Part shown: positions 7,797 through 17,955 of the stretch, in pieces
Layout of the letters: every line of letters begins with the position of its first letter
Numbering within the stretch: the first letter of the stretch is position 1
Assembly (NCBI GenBank): GCA_963815115.1
Contig: CAWFFN010000009.1
Span: 64,001 to 128,000, forward strand
Origin: an uncultured delta proteobacterium
Lineage (GTDB): Bacteria > Desulfobacterota > Binatia > DP-6
Direction of reading: 5' to 3'
DNA: 64,000 nt
Made by a program: the position numbers and the translations under genes
Notes under the pieces: generated by a model
Databases searched by the model: none
What the model was told of the DNA's origin: nothing
The model's input: only the letters and a program-made list of their open reading frames with translations

Positions 7797-9971
7797 TCAG
7801 CGATCCAGCAGCTCGCGGGCGCCCGGGCTCGCGGCGGCGTCACGGTCGAGTCGGGCCGCCTCGACGACCCAGCGCTCGAGGCGCGCGCGATCGTTCACCT
7901 GGCGCGACAGATCGACGAGCGTGCGCACGGCTTCCGGGCGTGCCGCGGGATCGTCGGCCGCGCGCTCCAGCTCGTCGAGGGCGGCCCGTGTCTCCCCGGC
8001 CTTGGCCAGCGCCAGGGCGCGGTTGTAGCGCGCCCGGGGATAGCTCGGGTCCTCGGCGAGGCAGCGCTCGAGGGCGCGGGCAGCGTCGTTCCAGCGCCCG
8101 AGCTGGCCGTAGAGCAGGCCGAGCGCGAAGGCGCTCTCGGGTACCGGATCGGTGGACAGCAGGGTCTCCAGCTCGGCGGCGGCCTCTTCCGCTCGTCCCT
8201 GCTGGGCCAGCAGCAGGGCGAGGTTGTGGCGGGCCTGGATCGAGCGTGGCCACAGCCGCAGCGCCGCGCGATACGCGCGCTCCGCCTCCTGCGGCTCTCC
8301 CCGTGCGCCCGCGAAGATGGCGAGGTTGTAGTTGGCCTCGGGCGTGTCCGCGCCGAGCTCCTGGCTGGCGCGCCAGTCGGCGGTCGCGGCGGCGAAGCTG
8401 CGCTCCGCCTCGGGCGAGAGCGTGTCCGGCGCGGCGCTGCTCAGCCCGAGCGCCGCGTGCAGCCGCACCGTGCGCGCCGGGTCGTCGAGTGCGCCGACCA
8501 GGGCGTCGTGCGCGTCGGGCGCCAGCGCCGGACGCTGCGCGAGCGCCCAGGCCGCTCCGCCGCGCACGAGCGGATCGGGATCGCGAAGCGCCGCGAGCAG
8601 TGCGTCCGTGACGCCGCTGCTGGTCGGAAAGCGGGCGAGCAGGCGCGCGGCGCTGGCGCGTCGAACCGTGTCGCCCGGCTTTCCGACCAGCGCGATCAGT
8701 CCGGGGACGCTCTCCGGATCGCCGCCGCGCGCGCTCGCGATGGTCGCGGTCGCATCCCGGCGTTGCGCGCGCACCGTGCCGTCCGGATACCAGGCGCGCA
8801 CGTGCTCGGCGGCCCACGCCGCGTCGTGATCGGTGTGACAGCGGTTGCACGCGTTGGGAACGCCGAGCGCCAGCGTGGCTTCCGGATCCGGACGCGAGAA
8901 GGAATGGTCGTGGCGCGGATCGCGCTGCATGTACACGGTGATGGGCATGTGACAGCCGGTGCACTGCGCGCCGGGGGTGCCGGAGGGGTGATGGGTGTGC
9001 CCTTCCTCCTCGTACGTCTTGGCATGACACGTGCGACACATCTCGTTGCCGGGCTTGAGCGTACCGTTGCCGTGCGGGTCGTGGCAGTTCCAGCAGCGCA
9101 CCCCCTCGGCGTACATGCGGCTGCCCTGGAACGAGATCAGCTCGTACAGCTCGTCGCGCACCTGGCCGTCAGGATAGTAGGCGTCGGTGTCGAGCAGCTC
9201 GGGCTCGTAGGCGTCGAGGAAGGACTGCTGTCCGGGGGTGAAGTGGGCCCGCTCGACGCGACGGCTGTGACAGCTCCCGCAGGCGGCGAGGAGCAGCTCG
9301 GGATCGCGTCCGGTCCAGGGATCGGCGCCGCCCGATGTACGCGCGCGCACGTGGGGCTCGCCGGGGCCGTGGCAGGCCTCGCACCCGACGCCCATCTCGG
9401 CCCAGCGCGTGTCGTACGTGTCGCTCGCCGGCTGGTAGCCCTTGTCGAAGCCGGTGGTGTGGCAGAAGATGCATTGCGCGTTGGCCGTCATGCCGCGGTT
9501 GGTCCAGTGGCCCCAGTCGGCGGGTGTGCGCGCGTCCCCGGCGAAGAGATCGAACCAGTCTCCGCGCTGCACGTCGAACGCCAGCGGAAGCGCCTGGAAC
9601 CGTCCGGGCGCGAGCGGCCCGACGTACTGCTCGACGTTGCGGTGGCCGAGCGCATAGGCAAGAGCAACGTCCGTGTCGTGGTCGAGGCTCTTGCCGAGCA
9701 TGGCGAGCTGCCCGTCGCGTACGACCATCGGGCCATCGTCGTGCGGGTGCGCACGGAGCGCCTCGCCCGGCGATGCCGTCAGCATCGCGAGATGATGGTC
9801 GGATTTCTCCCACGACCGGTACTCGCTCTCGTGGCAGTCGCGGCAGCGCGTAGAGCCCACGTACGGCGTGGAGCGGCTCGGCTCTGTCGTGCGGCATCCC
9901 AGCGCCGTTGCCAGACCGCCGAGCGCCAGCGCGAGAAGCAGCGCGCGTGATGCGGGCACGACATTCAGCAT
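7797..9971 (-). CDS. Octaheme c-type cytochrome lipoprotein with HEAT and TPR repeats
   Basis: Eight CxxCH (CRDCH, CIFCH, CEACH, CGSCH, CWNCH, CRTCH, CTGCH, CNRCH). Lipobox-like ALGC. HEAT (DPDPLVRGGAAWAL) and TPR C-terminus. Confidence 0.9.
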   Translation of the reverse strand: MLNVVPASRALLLALALGGLATALGCRTTEPSRSTPYVGSTRCRDCHESEYRSWEKSDHHLAMLTASPGEALRAHPHDDGPMVVRDGQLAMLGKSLDHDTDVALAYALGHRNVEQYVGPLAPGRFQALPLAFDVQRGDWFDLFAGDARTPADWGHWTNRGMTANAQCIFCHTTGFDKGYQPASDTYDTRWAEMGVGCEACHGPGEPHVRARTSGGADPWTGRDPELLLAACGSCHSRRVERAHFTPGQQSFLDAYEPELLDTDAYYPDGQVRDELYELISFQGSRMYAEGVRCWNCHDPHGNGTLKPGNEMCRTCHAKTYEEEGHTHHPSGTPGAQCTGCHMPITVYMQRDPRHDHSFSRPDPEATLALGVPNACNRCHTDHDAAWAAEHVRAWYPDGTVRAQRRDATATIASARGGDPESVPGLIALVGKPGDTVRRASAARLLARFPTSSGVTDALLAALRDPDPLVRGGAAWALAQRPALAPDAHDALVGALDDPARTVRLHAALGLSSAAPDTLSPEAERSFAAATADWRASQELGADTPEANYNLAIFAGARGEPQEAERAYRAALRLWPRSIQARHNLALLLAQQGRAEEAAAELETLLSTDPVPESAFALGLLYGQLGRWNDAARALERCLAEDPSYPRARYNRALALAKAGETRAALDELERAADDPAARPEAVRTLVDLSRQVNDRARLERWVVEAARLDRDAAASPGARELLDR

Positions 9972-10031
9972 ACCAGCATCTCGCCGCGACGGAAAAACAG
10001 TTGACACCGGTCGCGGCCGCACCGTAACTCT

Positions 10032-12320
10032 ATGTGGACGATGCGATCCCGGCGCTCGGTGCGTGCTGTCTTGACTGTTTGTCTGGTCGCGTCGCTCGCC
10101 GGATCCGCCGCCGCCGTCAAGCTTCCCTTCAAGTGGGCGCGCCGCGTGCCGAAGAGCTGCGAGGCGACGGGCGTCTTCTACTCCGCTCAGCACCGTTCCG
10201 GAGCCCGGCCGTGCTGCGCGTCGGCCGTCGGCATGTGCCCCGGCGGCGCGGCGTGTCCGCCGAGCGGAACGTGCGCCGATGGCGCGTCGTGCTTCCCGAT
10301 CCCACCGCTGACGCTGACCAACGTGGTGCTGATGATCTCGGACGACCAGGGCGAGTGTCACTACGGCAGCGCCGGGGAGTGTCGCAGCGTACAGACCGGT
10401 ACGCCCGTGCGCGCGCCCGCGACTCCCAACCTCGACCTGCTCTCCGGGTACGGCACCGTCTTCCCCGTCGCCCACAACACCGCGCCGTGGTGCTTTCCGT
10501 CCCTCGCCAGCATCCTCACCGGTCGCTACCAGAAGAGCATGGAACGCCAGCGCAGGCCCGCGACCGTCTTCGGCACCGTCGCGACGTCGCTGCGCTCGCT
10601 CGACGACAACCCCTTCCTGCCCGACGACCCGTACAACGCCGGCAACAAGGTGGGCGGCTACTGCACGTTCCTCGGCGGCAAGCTCACCGGGTCGATCGGC
10701 GACAACGGCTTCGACGCCCGCGCCCGCACCGGAGAGCGCGTCTTCGGGCGAACCGATTGCACCGCCGCCGCTCCGGGCGCGCCCCCACGCTGCGGCAGCG
10801 ATCTGAAGACGCCGTACGATCCCCAGAGCATCTTCCACCTGGGCGACATGTTCGGCTTCCTCGACTCCCTGTTCTATCGCGTTCCGAACTCGGCGCCGGC
10901 CGAGTTCCGCGTGCAGCCCTTCTTCGTCTGGTACGCGCCGCGCATCCCCCATCAGCCGCTGCGCTCGCCGCAGCCGATCCTCGACTACCTCTTCGGCAAG
11001 GCGCCCTCGTACCCGCTGGGCGGCCTCTTCGACCTCGGCAGCCTGTGCACCGGCTCGTCCTGCCCGCCGACCGTGACGGCGATGCACGAGACCAACTTCG
11101 GCGACGTCTTCGCCATGTTCGGCAACGTCTGGTGGATGGACGACGGCGTGCGCGAGATCCGCAAGTACCTCGCTCGCGCCAGCGAGCCGCACTGCATCTC
11201 CCCCACCGGCAGGAGCATGTTCGACGTCAGTTCCGCGGCGTGCCCCGGTACCTGGGCCGCCAGCATCACCCCGAGCCTGCCCGAGCACACGGTGATCATG
11301 CAGCTCTCCGACAACGGCTGGCACCTGCCGAACTCGAAGCACGAGTTCACCGAGAACGGCTATCGCACGCGGCTGATCGTGTTCGACCCGACCGCGCTGC
11401 CGTCGGTTCCGGGCTGGGACGTCACCCAGGAGGCGATTCCGCCGGCGCAGGAGAATCACGCGCTGGTGCATTCCACCGACATCTACGCCACCGCCGTGGG
11501 CTACGCCCTCAACACGCCGCCGGGGTCCCAGCTCTGTCCCAAGGCCGCCGACGGCACGCGTTGCGACGGGAAGGACCTGCGCGGGCACCTCGCGACGACA
11601 CCCGGCGGTCCCGCCGCGCCCGAATCGCTGCGGCGCGCGCTCTGCGGACACGACACGCAGCGCAGCACCGGACCCGACAACCTGCGCTACCTGCTCACCC
11701 GCGAGGGATCGGTCGGACGCTGCACGCTGCTCTCCGCACCGGCGTGCGCGAGCGACGCCCAGTGCCCCGGCGGCCGGGTGTGTCTCGGCGGCCACTGCAT
11801 GACCGCCAGCGAGCCGGCCTGCGCCAGCAACGCCGCCTGCCCGACCGGCGCGGTCTGCTTCGGCGGCAAGTGCCGCGCGGCACCGTCATGCACCGACGAC
11901 GCCGACTGCTCGGCCCTGTTCCCGGGTGCCAGCTCCGCCTGCGTCGAGAAGGACACCCGCTGGTGCCGCAACGACCCCAGCGTGCGATGCACGACGCGGA
12001 ACGACTGTCCGCCGTGCCCGGACGGTGGTGCCTGCCGGCGGCTCTGCGAGCCGCGCCGGCTCAAGTTCTACTTCGCCCCCGTGGGGGGCGCGAAGGCCGC
12101 CGAGCTGAGCGATCTCTTCCTCGACCCCGACGAGCCCGGCCTGCACAATGCCACCATCGGCTCGACCAAGCTGGTCAACGAGATGTCGAACCTGAGCGGG
12201 CCGTACGGCGCCAAGATGCAGCGGGTGAACTGCTGTGTCGACGACTGGTGGTCCGAGCCGGCCAGCATCGGGACCATCTGCTCGGGTGGCTGTCCGGCCG
12301 ACCTTACCTGCAATCAGTGA
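10032..12320 (+). CDS. Secreted sulfatase-fold protein with Cys-rich insertions
   Basis: Signal peptide. NVVLMISDDQG, TPNLD, CFPSLASILTGRY, PHQP, SDNG, DPDE. Repeated C-x3-C-P-x-G-x-VC-x-GG-x-C units. Confidence 0.8.
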   Translation: MWTMRSRRSVRAVLTVCLVASLAGSAAAVKLPFKWARRVPKSCEATGVFYSAQHRSGARPCCASAVGMCPGGAACPPSGTCADGASCFPIPPLTLTNVVLMISDDQGECHYGSAGECRSVQTGTPVRAPATPNLDLLSGYGTVFPVAHNTAPWCFPSLASILTGRYQKSMERQRRPATVFGTVATSLRSLDDNPFLPDDPYNAGNKVGGYCTFLGGKLTGSIGDNGFDARARTGERVFGRTDCTAAAPGAPPRCGSDLKTPYDPQSIFHLGDMFGFLDSLFYRVPNSAPAEFRVQPFFVWYAPRIPHQPLRSPQPILDYLFGKAPSYPLGGLFDLGSLCTGSSCPPTVTAMHETNFGDVFAMFGNVWWMDDGVREIRKYLARASEPHCISPTGRSMFDVSSAACPGTWAASITPSLPEHTVIMQLSDNGWHLPNSKHEFTENGYRTRLIVFDPTALPSVPGWDVTQEAIPPAQENHALVHSTDIYATAVGYALNTPPGSQLCPKAADGTRCDGKDLRGHLATTPGGPAAPESLRRALCGHDTQRSTGPDNLRYLLTREGSVGRCTLLSAPACASDAQCPGGRVCLGGHCMTASEPACASNAACPTGAVCFGGKCRAAPSCTDDADCSALFPGASSACVEKDTRWCRNDPSVRCTTRNDCPPCPDGGACRRLCEPRRLKFYFAPVGGAKAAELSDLFLDPDEPGLHNATIGSTKLVNEMSNLSGPYGAKMQRVNCCVDDWWSEPASIGTICSGGCPADLTCNQ

Positions 12321-12383
12321 CGCGCCGTTCCGGTGTCCGGCGCCTTGCGACGGCACCGGGGCCCGGCTACCGTCCGCCCGGCC

Positions 12384-13772
12384 ATGACCGACTTCCGCGC
12401 CAGCGGCGAAGCGGTGCCGATCGAGAGCATCGATCAGCTCGTCGACGAGTTCCACGCGGCGGCGAAGCCGCGCGAGCGCTGGCTCATCGGGACCGAGTAC
12501 GAGAAGCTGGCGGTCGACCCGCGCAGCGGCCGGGCGGCGCCCTTCTCGGGCCCGCGCGGCATCGAGACGCTGCTGCGCGAGCTCGCCGAGCGCTTCGGGT
12601 GGGAGCCGACCGAGGAAGCCGGGCGGACGATCGCGCTCCTGCGCGACAAGGCTTCGATCACGCTGGAGCCCGGCGGACAGGTCGAGCTCTCCGGCGAGCC
12701 CTGCGCCACCCTCCACTGCACGCGCGATGAGCTGGCGACGCACGTGCGCGAGCTGTCGGAGATCGGCGCCGAGCTCGGCATCGCGTTCCTGGGACTCGGG
12801 ATGCAGCCCGTCAGCACGCTCGACGAGATCGAGTGGGTGCCGAAGCAGCGCTACGCCATCATGCGCGACTACATGCCCCGCGTCGGGACGCTGGGGCACC
12901 GCATGATGAAGCAGACGGCCACCGTACAGGCCAACATCGACTACGCCGACGAGCGCGACGGCATGCGAAAGCTGCGGGTGGGAATGGCGACCGCGCCCCT
13001 GGTGAACGCGATGTTCGCCAACTCGTGCATCTCGGAGGGCAGGCTGAACGGCCAGATGAGCTACCGCGGCTACGTCTGGACCGACACCGACCGCGCCCGC
13101 TGCGGCCTGCTTCCCTTCGCCTTCCGCGACGGCGCGTCGTTCGCCGAATACGTCGGGTGGGCGCTCGACGTGCCGCTCTACTTCGTGCTGCGGCGGGGGA
13201 AGTATCTCACCGGGGCGACGGGGACCCCCTTCCGGCGCTTCCTCGAGCACGGCATCGGCGGCGAGCGCGCCACGCTCGACGACTGGCGCCTTCACCTGAC
13301 GACGCTCTTCCCCGAGGTCCGCCTGAAGGGCTACATCGAGCTGCGATCGGCCGACAGTCAGACCCCCGATCGCGTGCTCGCCGTGCCCGCGCTCGTGAAG
13401 GGGGTCTTCTACGAGCAGGACTGCCTGGACGCTGCCTTCGACCTGGTGAAGCGCTGGTCGTTCGAGGACTGCGTCAGCCTCTACGGCGAGGTGACCCGGG
13501 AGTCCATGCGGGCGCGGATGAAGGGCATCCAGGTGCTCGAGCTCGCCCGGGAGCTCGGCGCCATCGCCGAGGAGGGGCTCCGCCGGCAGGCCGCCCTCGA
13601 CTCGGAGGGGCGGGACGAGCGGATCTACCTGGAGGGGCTGCGAGAGGCGCTCTCGGCCGGCAAATCGCCCGCCCAGGGGCTGGCCGACCGGTGGACGGGG
13701 GCCTGGCATGGGGAGGCCGGCCGCCTGGTCGAGGCCACCGCATTTCCGACCCCGGGCGCAAACCCGCCTTGA
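12384..13772 (+). CDS. gshA: Glutamate--cysteine ligase (plant/alphaproteobacterial type)
   Basis: IGTEYEK, ITLEPGGQVELSG, PKQRYAIM, MMKQTATVQANID, HLTTLFPEVRLKGYIELRSAD. Confidence 0.9.
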   Translation: MTDFRASGEAVPIESIDQLVDEFHAAAKPRERWLIGTEYEKLAVDPRSGRAAPFSGPRGIETLLRELAERFGWEPTEEAGRTIALLRDKASITLEPGGQVELSGEPCATLHCTRDELATHVRELSEIGAELGIAFLGLGMQPVSTLDEIEWVPKQRYAIMRDYMPRVGTLGHRMMKQTATVQANIDYADERDGMRKLRVGMATAPLVNAMFANSCISEGRLNGQMSYRGYVWTDTDRARCGLLPFAFRDGASFAEYVGWALDVPLYFVLRRGKYLTGATGTPFRRFLEHGIGGERATLDDWRLHLTTLFPEVRLKGYIELRSADSQTPDRVLAVPALVKGVFYEQDCLDAAFDLVKRWSFEDCVSLYGEVTRESMRARMKGIQVLELARELGAIAEEGLRRQAALDSEGRDERIYLEGLREALSAGKSPAQGLADRWTGAWHGEAGRLVEATAFPTPGANPP

Positions 13773-13930
13773 AACTTCGGCCTTGGTAGGGGATAAGGCC
13801 CACTAATCCGGCATCCCAGGCGTTTTCATCCTAGGGGCTGTTCTTTCGGAACGTTGGGGATGATAGCGAATTAGGACAGTTCCGCCGTCCCACCAGGTGG
13901 TGGGCTCCTGCCCGAGTGGAGGAGGGGTCG

Positions 13931-14353
13931 ATGGTTGCAAGGGGCAAACGGGGGTTCTCAGGCGGGCACGATAGGTTGGCTGGATTGTTCGAACCCGACG
14001 TTCTTCTACCGGCGCAGTACTTCGCGGCATTTCGGAGGTCTGGTGGCCTCGAGCGCGAGCGTCTCCTGATGCTCGCGGTGCTCGAGGATGCCATCGACTG
14101 CTACCAGAAGTACGCCCACGCCCGGGATCCGCGGGGACGGCAGATGTTCGAGGAGTCGCGCGAGTGGGTCCTGTCGATCGATCGCGTGTGGCTCTTCTCG
14201 TTCGAGAACATCTGCGAGACCCTGGAGATCAACGCCGACTACGTACGGCGCGGTCTCCGCGAGTGGCGTGAGCGAGGTCTCGGCGTTCAGCGGGCGAAGG
14301 TCGTGGACCTTCCGGCCGACGTCGCGGACGCCCTCCGCAAGGCCACAGCCTAG
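13931..14353 (+). CDS. Hypothetical small helical protein
   Basis: Strong SD GGAGGGG before ATG 13931 and GC3-biased codons. Motifs LFEPD..P.QY, LMLAVLEDA, FSFENICETL. Confidence 0.75.
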   Translation: MVARGKRGFSGGHDRLAGLFEPDVLLPAQYFAAFRRSGGLERERLLMLAVLEDAIDCYQKYAHARDPRGRQMFEESREWVLSIDRVWLFSFENICETLEINADYVRRGLREWRERGLGVQRAKVVDLPADVADALRKATA

Positions 14354-14357
14354 TAGG

Positions 14358-14631
14358 CCGACCCAAGACTGCGTCTTGGGTCGGAGAGGGTCGGAGAGGA
14401 ACGGCGAGCATGAGTCGTCCGGTGACACGTGCGAGCGCCGTGCCGCGGCCAGCTCAGCTGGCGCGGCAAACGAGACCGCAGCCGTTCTGCGCTCTGCAGG
14501 CCGCCGAGCCTTAGGTGTGCCGGGCGTACCGAGATGTCGCGCCGGCTCTGCCGGCCGCGACATGCAGGTCGTGCGTGCCACCGAGCTCCACTCTCGCGTC
14601 CGGTCCGACCCAAGACGCAGTCTTGGGTCGG
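14358..14631. repeat. Inverted doublet of the two-hairpin unit (REPIN/BIME-like) between convergent genes
   Basis: H1 14358-14384, H2 14441-14468, inverted H2 14535-14562, inverted H1 14605-14631. The two H1 copies are exact 27-nt reverse complements. Confidence 0.9.
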
Positions 14632-15024
14632 CTAGCGGACGGTCACGAGCACGCGCCGCTCGCGCGGTCCGTCCAGCTCGACCAGCATCACCGCCTGCCA
14701 GGTGCCGAGCAGCAGACGTCCGTCCTGCACGGGAATCGTCTCGCCCGGACCGAGCATGACGGCCTGGATGTGCGACGCCGCATTGCCGTCGACCCGATCG
14801 TGGCGCCAGATTCCGGCCGGCACGAGGCGGTCGAGCGCATCGAGCACGTCGGTGCAGATGTTGGGGTCGTCGTTCTCGTTGACCACCACGGCGGCCGTGG
14901 CGTGCGGGACGTAGACGCTGCACAGGCCCTCGGCGACCCCGCTGCGGGCGACGATCTCGGCCACGCGGGCGGTCAGGTCAACCATCTCGCGCTTGGCAGT
15001 CGTCCGTATTCGCAGCTCCCGCAT
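14632..15024 (-). CDS. yjbQ: YjbQ/UPF0047 family protein
   Basis: HATAA..NEN.DP, GNAASHI, LGTWQ..ELDGPR. Confidence 0.9.
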   Translation of the reverse strand: MRELRIRTTAKREMVDLTARVAEIVARSGVAEGLCSVYVPHATAAVVVNENDDPNICTDVLDALDRLVPAGIWRHDRVDGNAASHIQAVMLGPGETIPVQDGRLLLGTWQAVMLVELDGPRERRVLVTVR

Positions 15025-16009
15025 GGCACGCGCTCGATGTCGTCGTCGGGGACCCGTCGCTGCCCGAGACCACGAACGGCACCCCGCCCGAGTCCCTCAG
15101 GCCGACCTCGAGCTTGCTCCGATCGACGCCGTCCGCAAGCCCGTGCCGCGCGAGCTGATCGATCGCCTCGCGGAAGGTGGCCGGCGTCTTGCCGTAGATG
15201 TCCTCGTGCGACTCCACGTAGACGGCGCTTCCGCGCCGTCCCACCTTCACGGTCTCGTAGGCGAACACCCCCTGGGTACCGATCGGGACCTGGGGGAAGA
15301 GGCGCTCGATGTCCTCCGGATAGAGTCGCACGCAGCCATGGCTCACCTGCATGCCGACCCCCCACGGGATGTTGGTGCCGTGGATGCGGTACATCGGCAT
15401 GCTGAGCTCGAGGCGATACTTGCCGAGCGGGTTGTCGGGATCGCCCCCGGGGATGAAGGTGCGAGGGTCGTCGCGCTCGCGGATGTGCTCCTCACGAATG
15501 TCGTCGGGGATGTTCCACTGCGGATTGACGGTCTTGCCGATGACCCGGAAGCTGCCGCTCGGCGTCTGCCAGTCGTCTCGCCCGAGCCCGACCGGATAGG
15601 TGTGGACGAGCGTCTGCCCGGGCCCGGCCGGCGTGTAGTAGAAGAGCCGCATCTCCGGGACGTTCACGACGATGCCCTGGTAGGTGCAGCACGGCAGGAT
15701 CCACTCCGTCGGAAGCAGGACGGTGGCCCCGGCTGGCGGCACCCATGGATCGAGGCCGGGATTGGCGTCGACGATCTCGTTGTAGCCCAGCCCGTAGAGC
15801 CGGGCGATGTCCATCAGGGTGTCGCCCTTGCGCACGCGGTAGAGCCGGAGCGAGCCGAGGACCGGCGGCAGGCTGCCGGGCGCGGGCGTCGGGATGGTGA
15901 ACGTGACGTCTCTCCGCGCGAGGAACGTCTCTTCGGGGTAGTCGGCTCGCGCAGTCGTGACGACCACCGCGAGCGCGAGAAGGACCAGACCCAGCCGCCG
16001 CCACCGCAT
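14978..16009 (-). CDS. L,D-transpeptidase with LysM-like domain (ErfK/YbiS family)
   Basis: GDTLMDIAR, ANPGLDPWVP, NPLG, YRIHGTN..SHGCVRL. Signal peptide. Confidence 0.92.
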   Translation of the reverse strand: MRWRRLGLVLLALAVVVTTARADYPEETFLARRDVTFTIPTPAPGSLPPVLGSLRLYRVRKGDTLMDIARLYGLGYNEIVDANPGLDPWVPPAGATVLLPTEWILPCCTYQGIVVNVPEMRLFYYTPAGPGQTLVHTYPVGLGRDDWQTPSGSFRVIGKTVNPQWNIPDDIREEHIRERDDPRTFIPGGDPDNPLGKYRLELSMPMYRIHGTNIPWGVGMQVSHGCVRLYPEDIERLFPQVPIGTQGVFAYETVKVGRRGSAVYVESHEDIYGKTPATFREAIDQLARHGLADGVDRSKLEVGLRDSGGVPFVVSGSDGSPTTTSSACHAGAANTDDCQARDG

Positions 16010-16085
16010 GGTTCCGCTTACCGGCCGTCCGGCCGTGAGACAAGCATGGTCGTTGCACAAGATCGTACGCAGCGGTCGTGAAGCG

Positions 16086-17399
16086 CTAGAGCAACGCGCC
16101 CAATCCGCCCAGCCGCGCCCGGAGCTCGTCGACGTCGACGCAGGCGAGAGCGGTCGCTGCGGGAAGCGCCAGCGAAACGGCGGCGGCGGCCGCCTGCCCC
16201 TCACCCATGCACGGCCCGATCACGCGCACCGACGCGAAGCCCTCGCGCGTCGCCGACAGACAGCGGCCCGCCACGGCGACGTTGTCGAGACCCTGCGGGA
16301 TGAGGCAGCGGTACGGGACCGTGTACCAGAGGCCGTCCTCGAGGAACTGCCACTCCGTACGGCCCTCCGCGGCGTGCAGCTCGATCGGCCACGCGTTTCG
16401 GCAGATGCCGTCGTCGAACTTCCGGCCGCCGAGCACGTCGTCGCCGGTGAGCTGGTAGTGGCCGCGGATGCGCCGTGTCTCGCGCAGGCCGAGACGGGGC
16501 GCGGTGTCGGAGAGGAAGGCCTCCTCGAAGCCGGGAACGTGCGCCTCTAGGAAGGCGGCACAGCGTTCGGCCTGCTCCCGTCCCAGCATCTCCCCCAGCG
16601 TCAGATCGGCGGCGTCCGCACCGTCCACGGGGCGTCCGGCGACGGAGACGCGGCTCATCGCCACCAGCACCTCGCCCGGCCGTCCCGTCGGGATGAGATT
16701 GCCGGAGCGGCGCGGGAGATGGTCGCTGGCGAAGTGCCGTTCGAGGAGGTCGTTCAGATCGGCGAGGGCTGGCAGCGCGCGGCCGAGATCGACGTGCTGC
16801 ATGTAGAACATCATCGACGGGTACTGCAGCGTCTCGCCGCGCTCGACCGGCGCGCCGGCGGCGGCGGCCAGGGCCGCGTCGCCGGTGGCGTCGATGAAGA
16901 ACGGGGCCCGCAAGGCCATCAGACCGGAGCGCGTCGCCACGATCGCCGCCGCGACCGAGCCCTCGCTCACCAGCACCCGGACGAGGCGAGCGTACAGCAG
17001 GAGGTGGGGTCGTGCTTCGTCGCCCACCATGGCGTCGTAGAGCCGCTTCACCCCCCACGGCACGTACGGCACCGCGGCGGTGGTCTTGAACGGCACCGGA
17101 CCGTAGCACTGGCCGGCGGCCGCCAGGCGGTCCATCACCTCGGCCGCGAACCCGCCGACCAGGCGGACGAGGTCGCCGGACGGCTCGCGGTAGTAGAAGC
17201 CGCAGAACGTGCCGACGCAGCCGCCCGTCGACATGCCGCCCAGGAACGGCATCTCCTCGACCAGCGCGGTGCGCAGCCCGAGGCGCGCGGCGGTCACGGC
17301 CGCCGCGGTGCCCGCCGAGCCGCCGCCGACGACGACCAGGTCGAAGTCGCCTGCGACCGGCACGCGCTCTTCCGGTACGAGCACGTCGCCGGCCGTCAC
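16086..17399 (-). CDS. FAD-dependent oxidoreductase
   Basis: [44 protein letters not shown]. Confidence 0.88.
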   Translation of the reverse strand: MTAGDVLVPEERVPVAGDFDLVVVGGGSAGTAAAVTAARLGLRTALVEEMPFLGGMSTGGCVGTFCGFYYREPSGDLVRLVGGFAAEVMDRLAAAGQCYGPVPFKTTAAVPYVPWGVKRLYDAMVGDEARPHLLLYARLVRVLVSEGSVAAAIVATRSGLMALRAPFFIDATGDAALAAAAGAPVERGETLQYPSMMFYMQHVDLGRALPALADLNDLLERHFASDHLPRRSGNLIPTGRPGEVLVAMSRVSVAGRPVDGADAADLTLGEMLGREQAERCAAFLEAHVPGFEEAFLSDTAPRLGLRETRRIRGHYQLTGDDVLGGRKFDDGICRNAWPIELHAAEGRTEWQFLEDGLWYTVPYRCLIPQGLDNVAVAGRCLSATREGFASVRVIGPCMGEGQAAAAAVSLALPAATALACVDVDELRARLGGLGALL

Positions 17400-17403
17400 C
17401 GTC

Positions 17404-17874
17404 TCAGCTCCCCGTCTCGACGGCGCGCAGCCGTTCCGCGACCGCCGGCACCGCCTTGAGCAGCATGTCCCACCGCGCCAGCTCCGCGCCGGCAGCCGCG
17501 CTCAGCGCGTCGCGGTACTCTCCCAGCGCCCGGTCCAGCTCCTCCTCCTTGCCCTCGACGATCGCCTCGTCCTTGCCGAGGCACGCGTTCACCTTCTCGG
17601 CCAGCTCCTCGAGCCGTTTCTCGCCTTCCTCTCCGAGCTTGGCACTCAGCATCTCGCTCCACAGCGAGGTGAAGACGAAGGAGGGCACGGCCTGCCGGCG
17701 GAGGCCACCCGAGAGGGCATAGAGGCGGTCGGCCAGAGCGGCGGGCGTATTGAGCCCGCGCCGCGACTTGAAGGCGCCGAGGCTCGCGAACCGGTCGCGC
17801 AGGCGCTCCAGTCCGAAGTGGTCGACCATCGCCTGGACGGCATGAGTGAACTCGGGCTCGGTGAGATTTGCCAT
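17404..17874 (-). CDS. Hypothetical protein
   Basis: Coding-like helical ORF (MANLTEPEF...) ending 4 nt before the oxidoreductase start. Confidence 0.7.
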   Translation of the reverse strand: MANLTEPEFTHAVQAMVDHFGLERLRDRFASLGAFKSRRGLNTPAALADRLYALSGGLRRQAVPSFVFTSLWSEMLSAKLGEEGEKRLEELAEKVNACLGKDEAIVEGKEEELDRALGEYRDALSAAAGAELARWDMLLKAVPAVAERLRAVETGS

Positions 17875-17955
17875 CGACTGCTTCTGATGACCTGCGCGGG
17901 AGCGGGCTGTCAACGGCGGTCGGGACGTGATAACCCGCCGCGCGGAGGATCGGGG

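Noticed and set aside
7602-11795. Long overlapping ORFs, including the 1332-aa extension of the cytochrome ORF
   Set aside because: Antisense or shadow ORFs typical of high-GC DNA. The extension beyond 9971 is antisense to the sulfatase.
14358-14631. CRISPR array
   Set aside because: Only two H1 copies, inverted and about 220 nt apart. No spacer periodicity and no cas genes.
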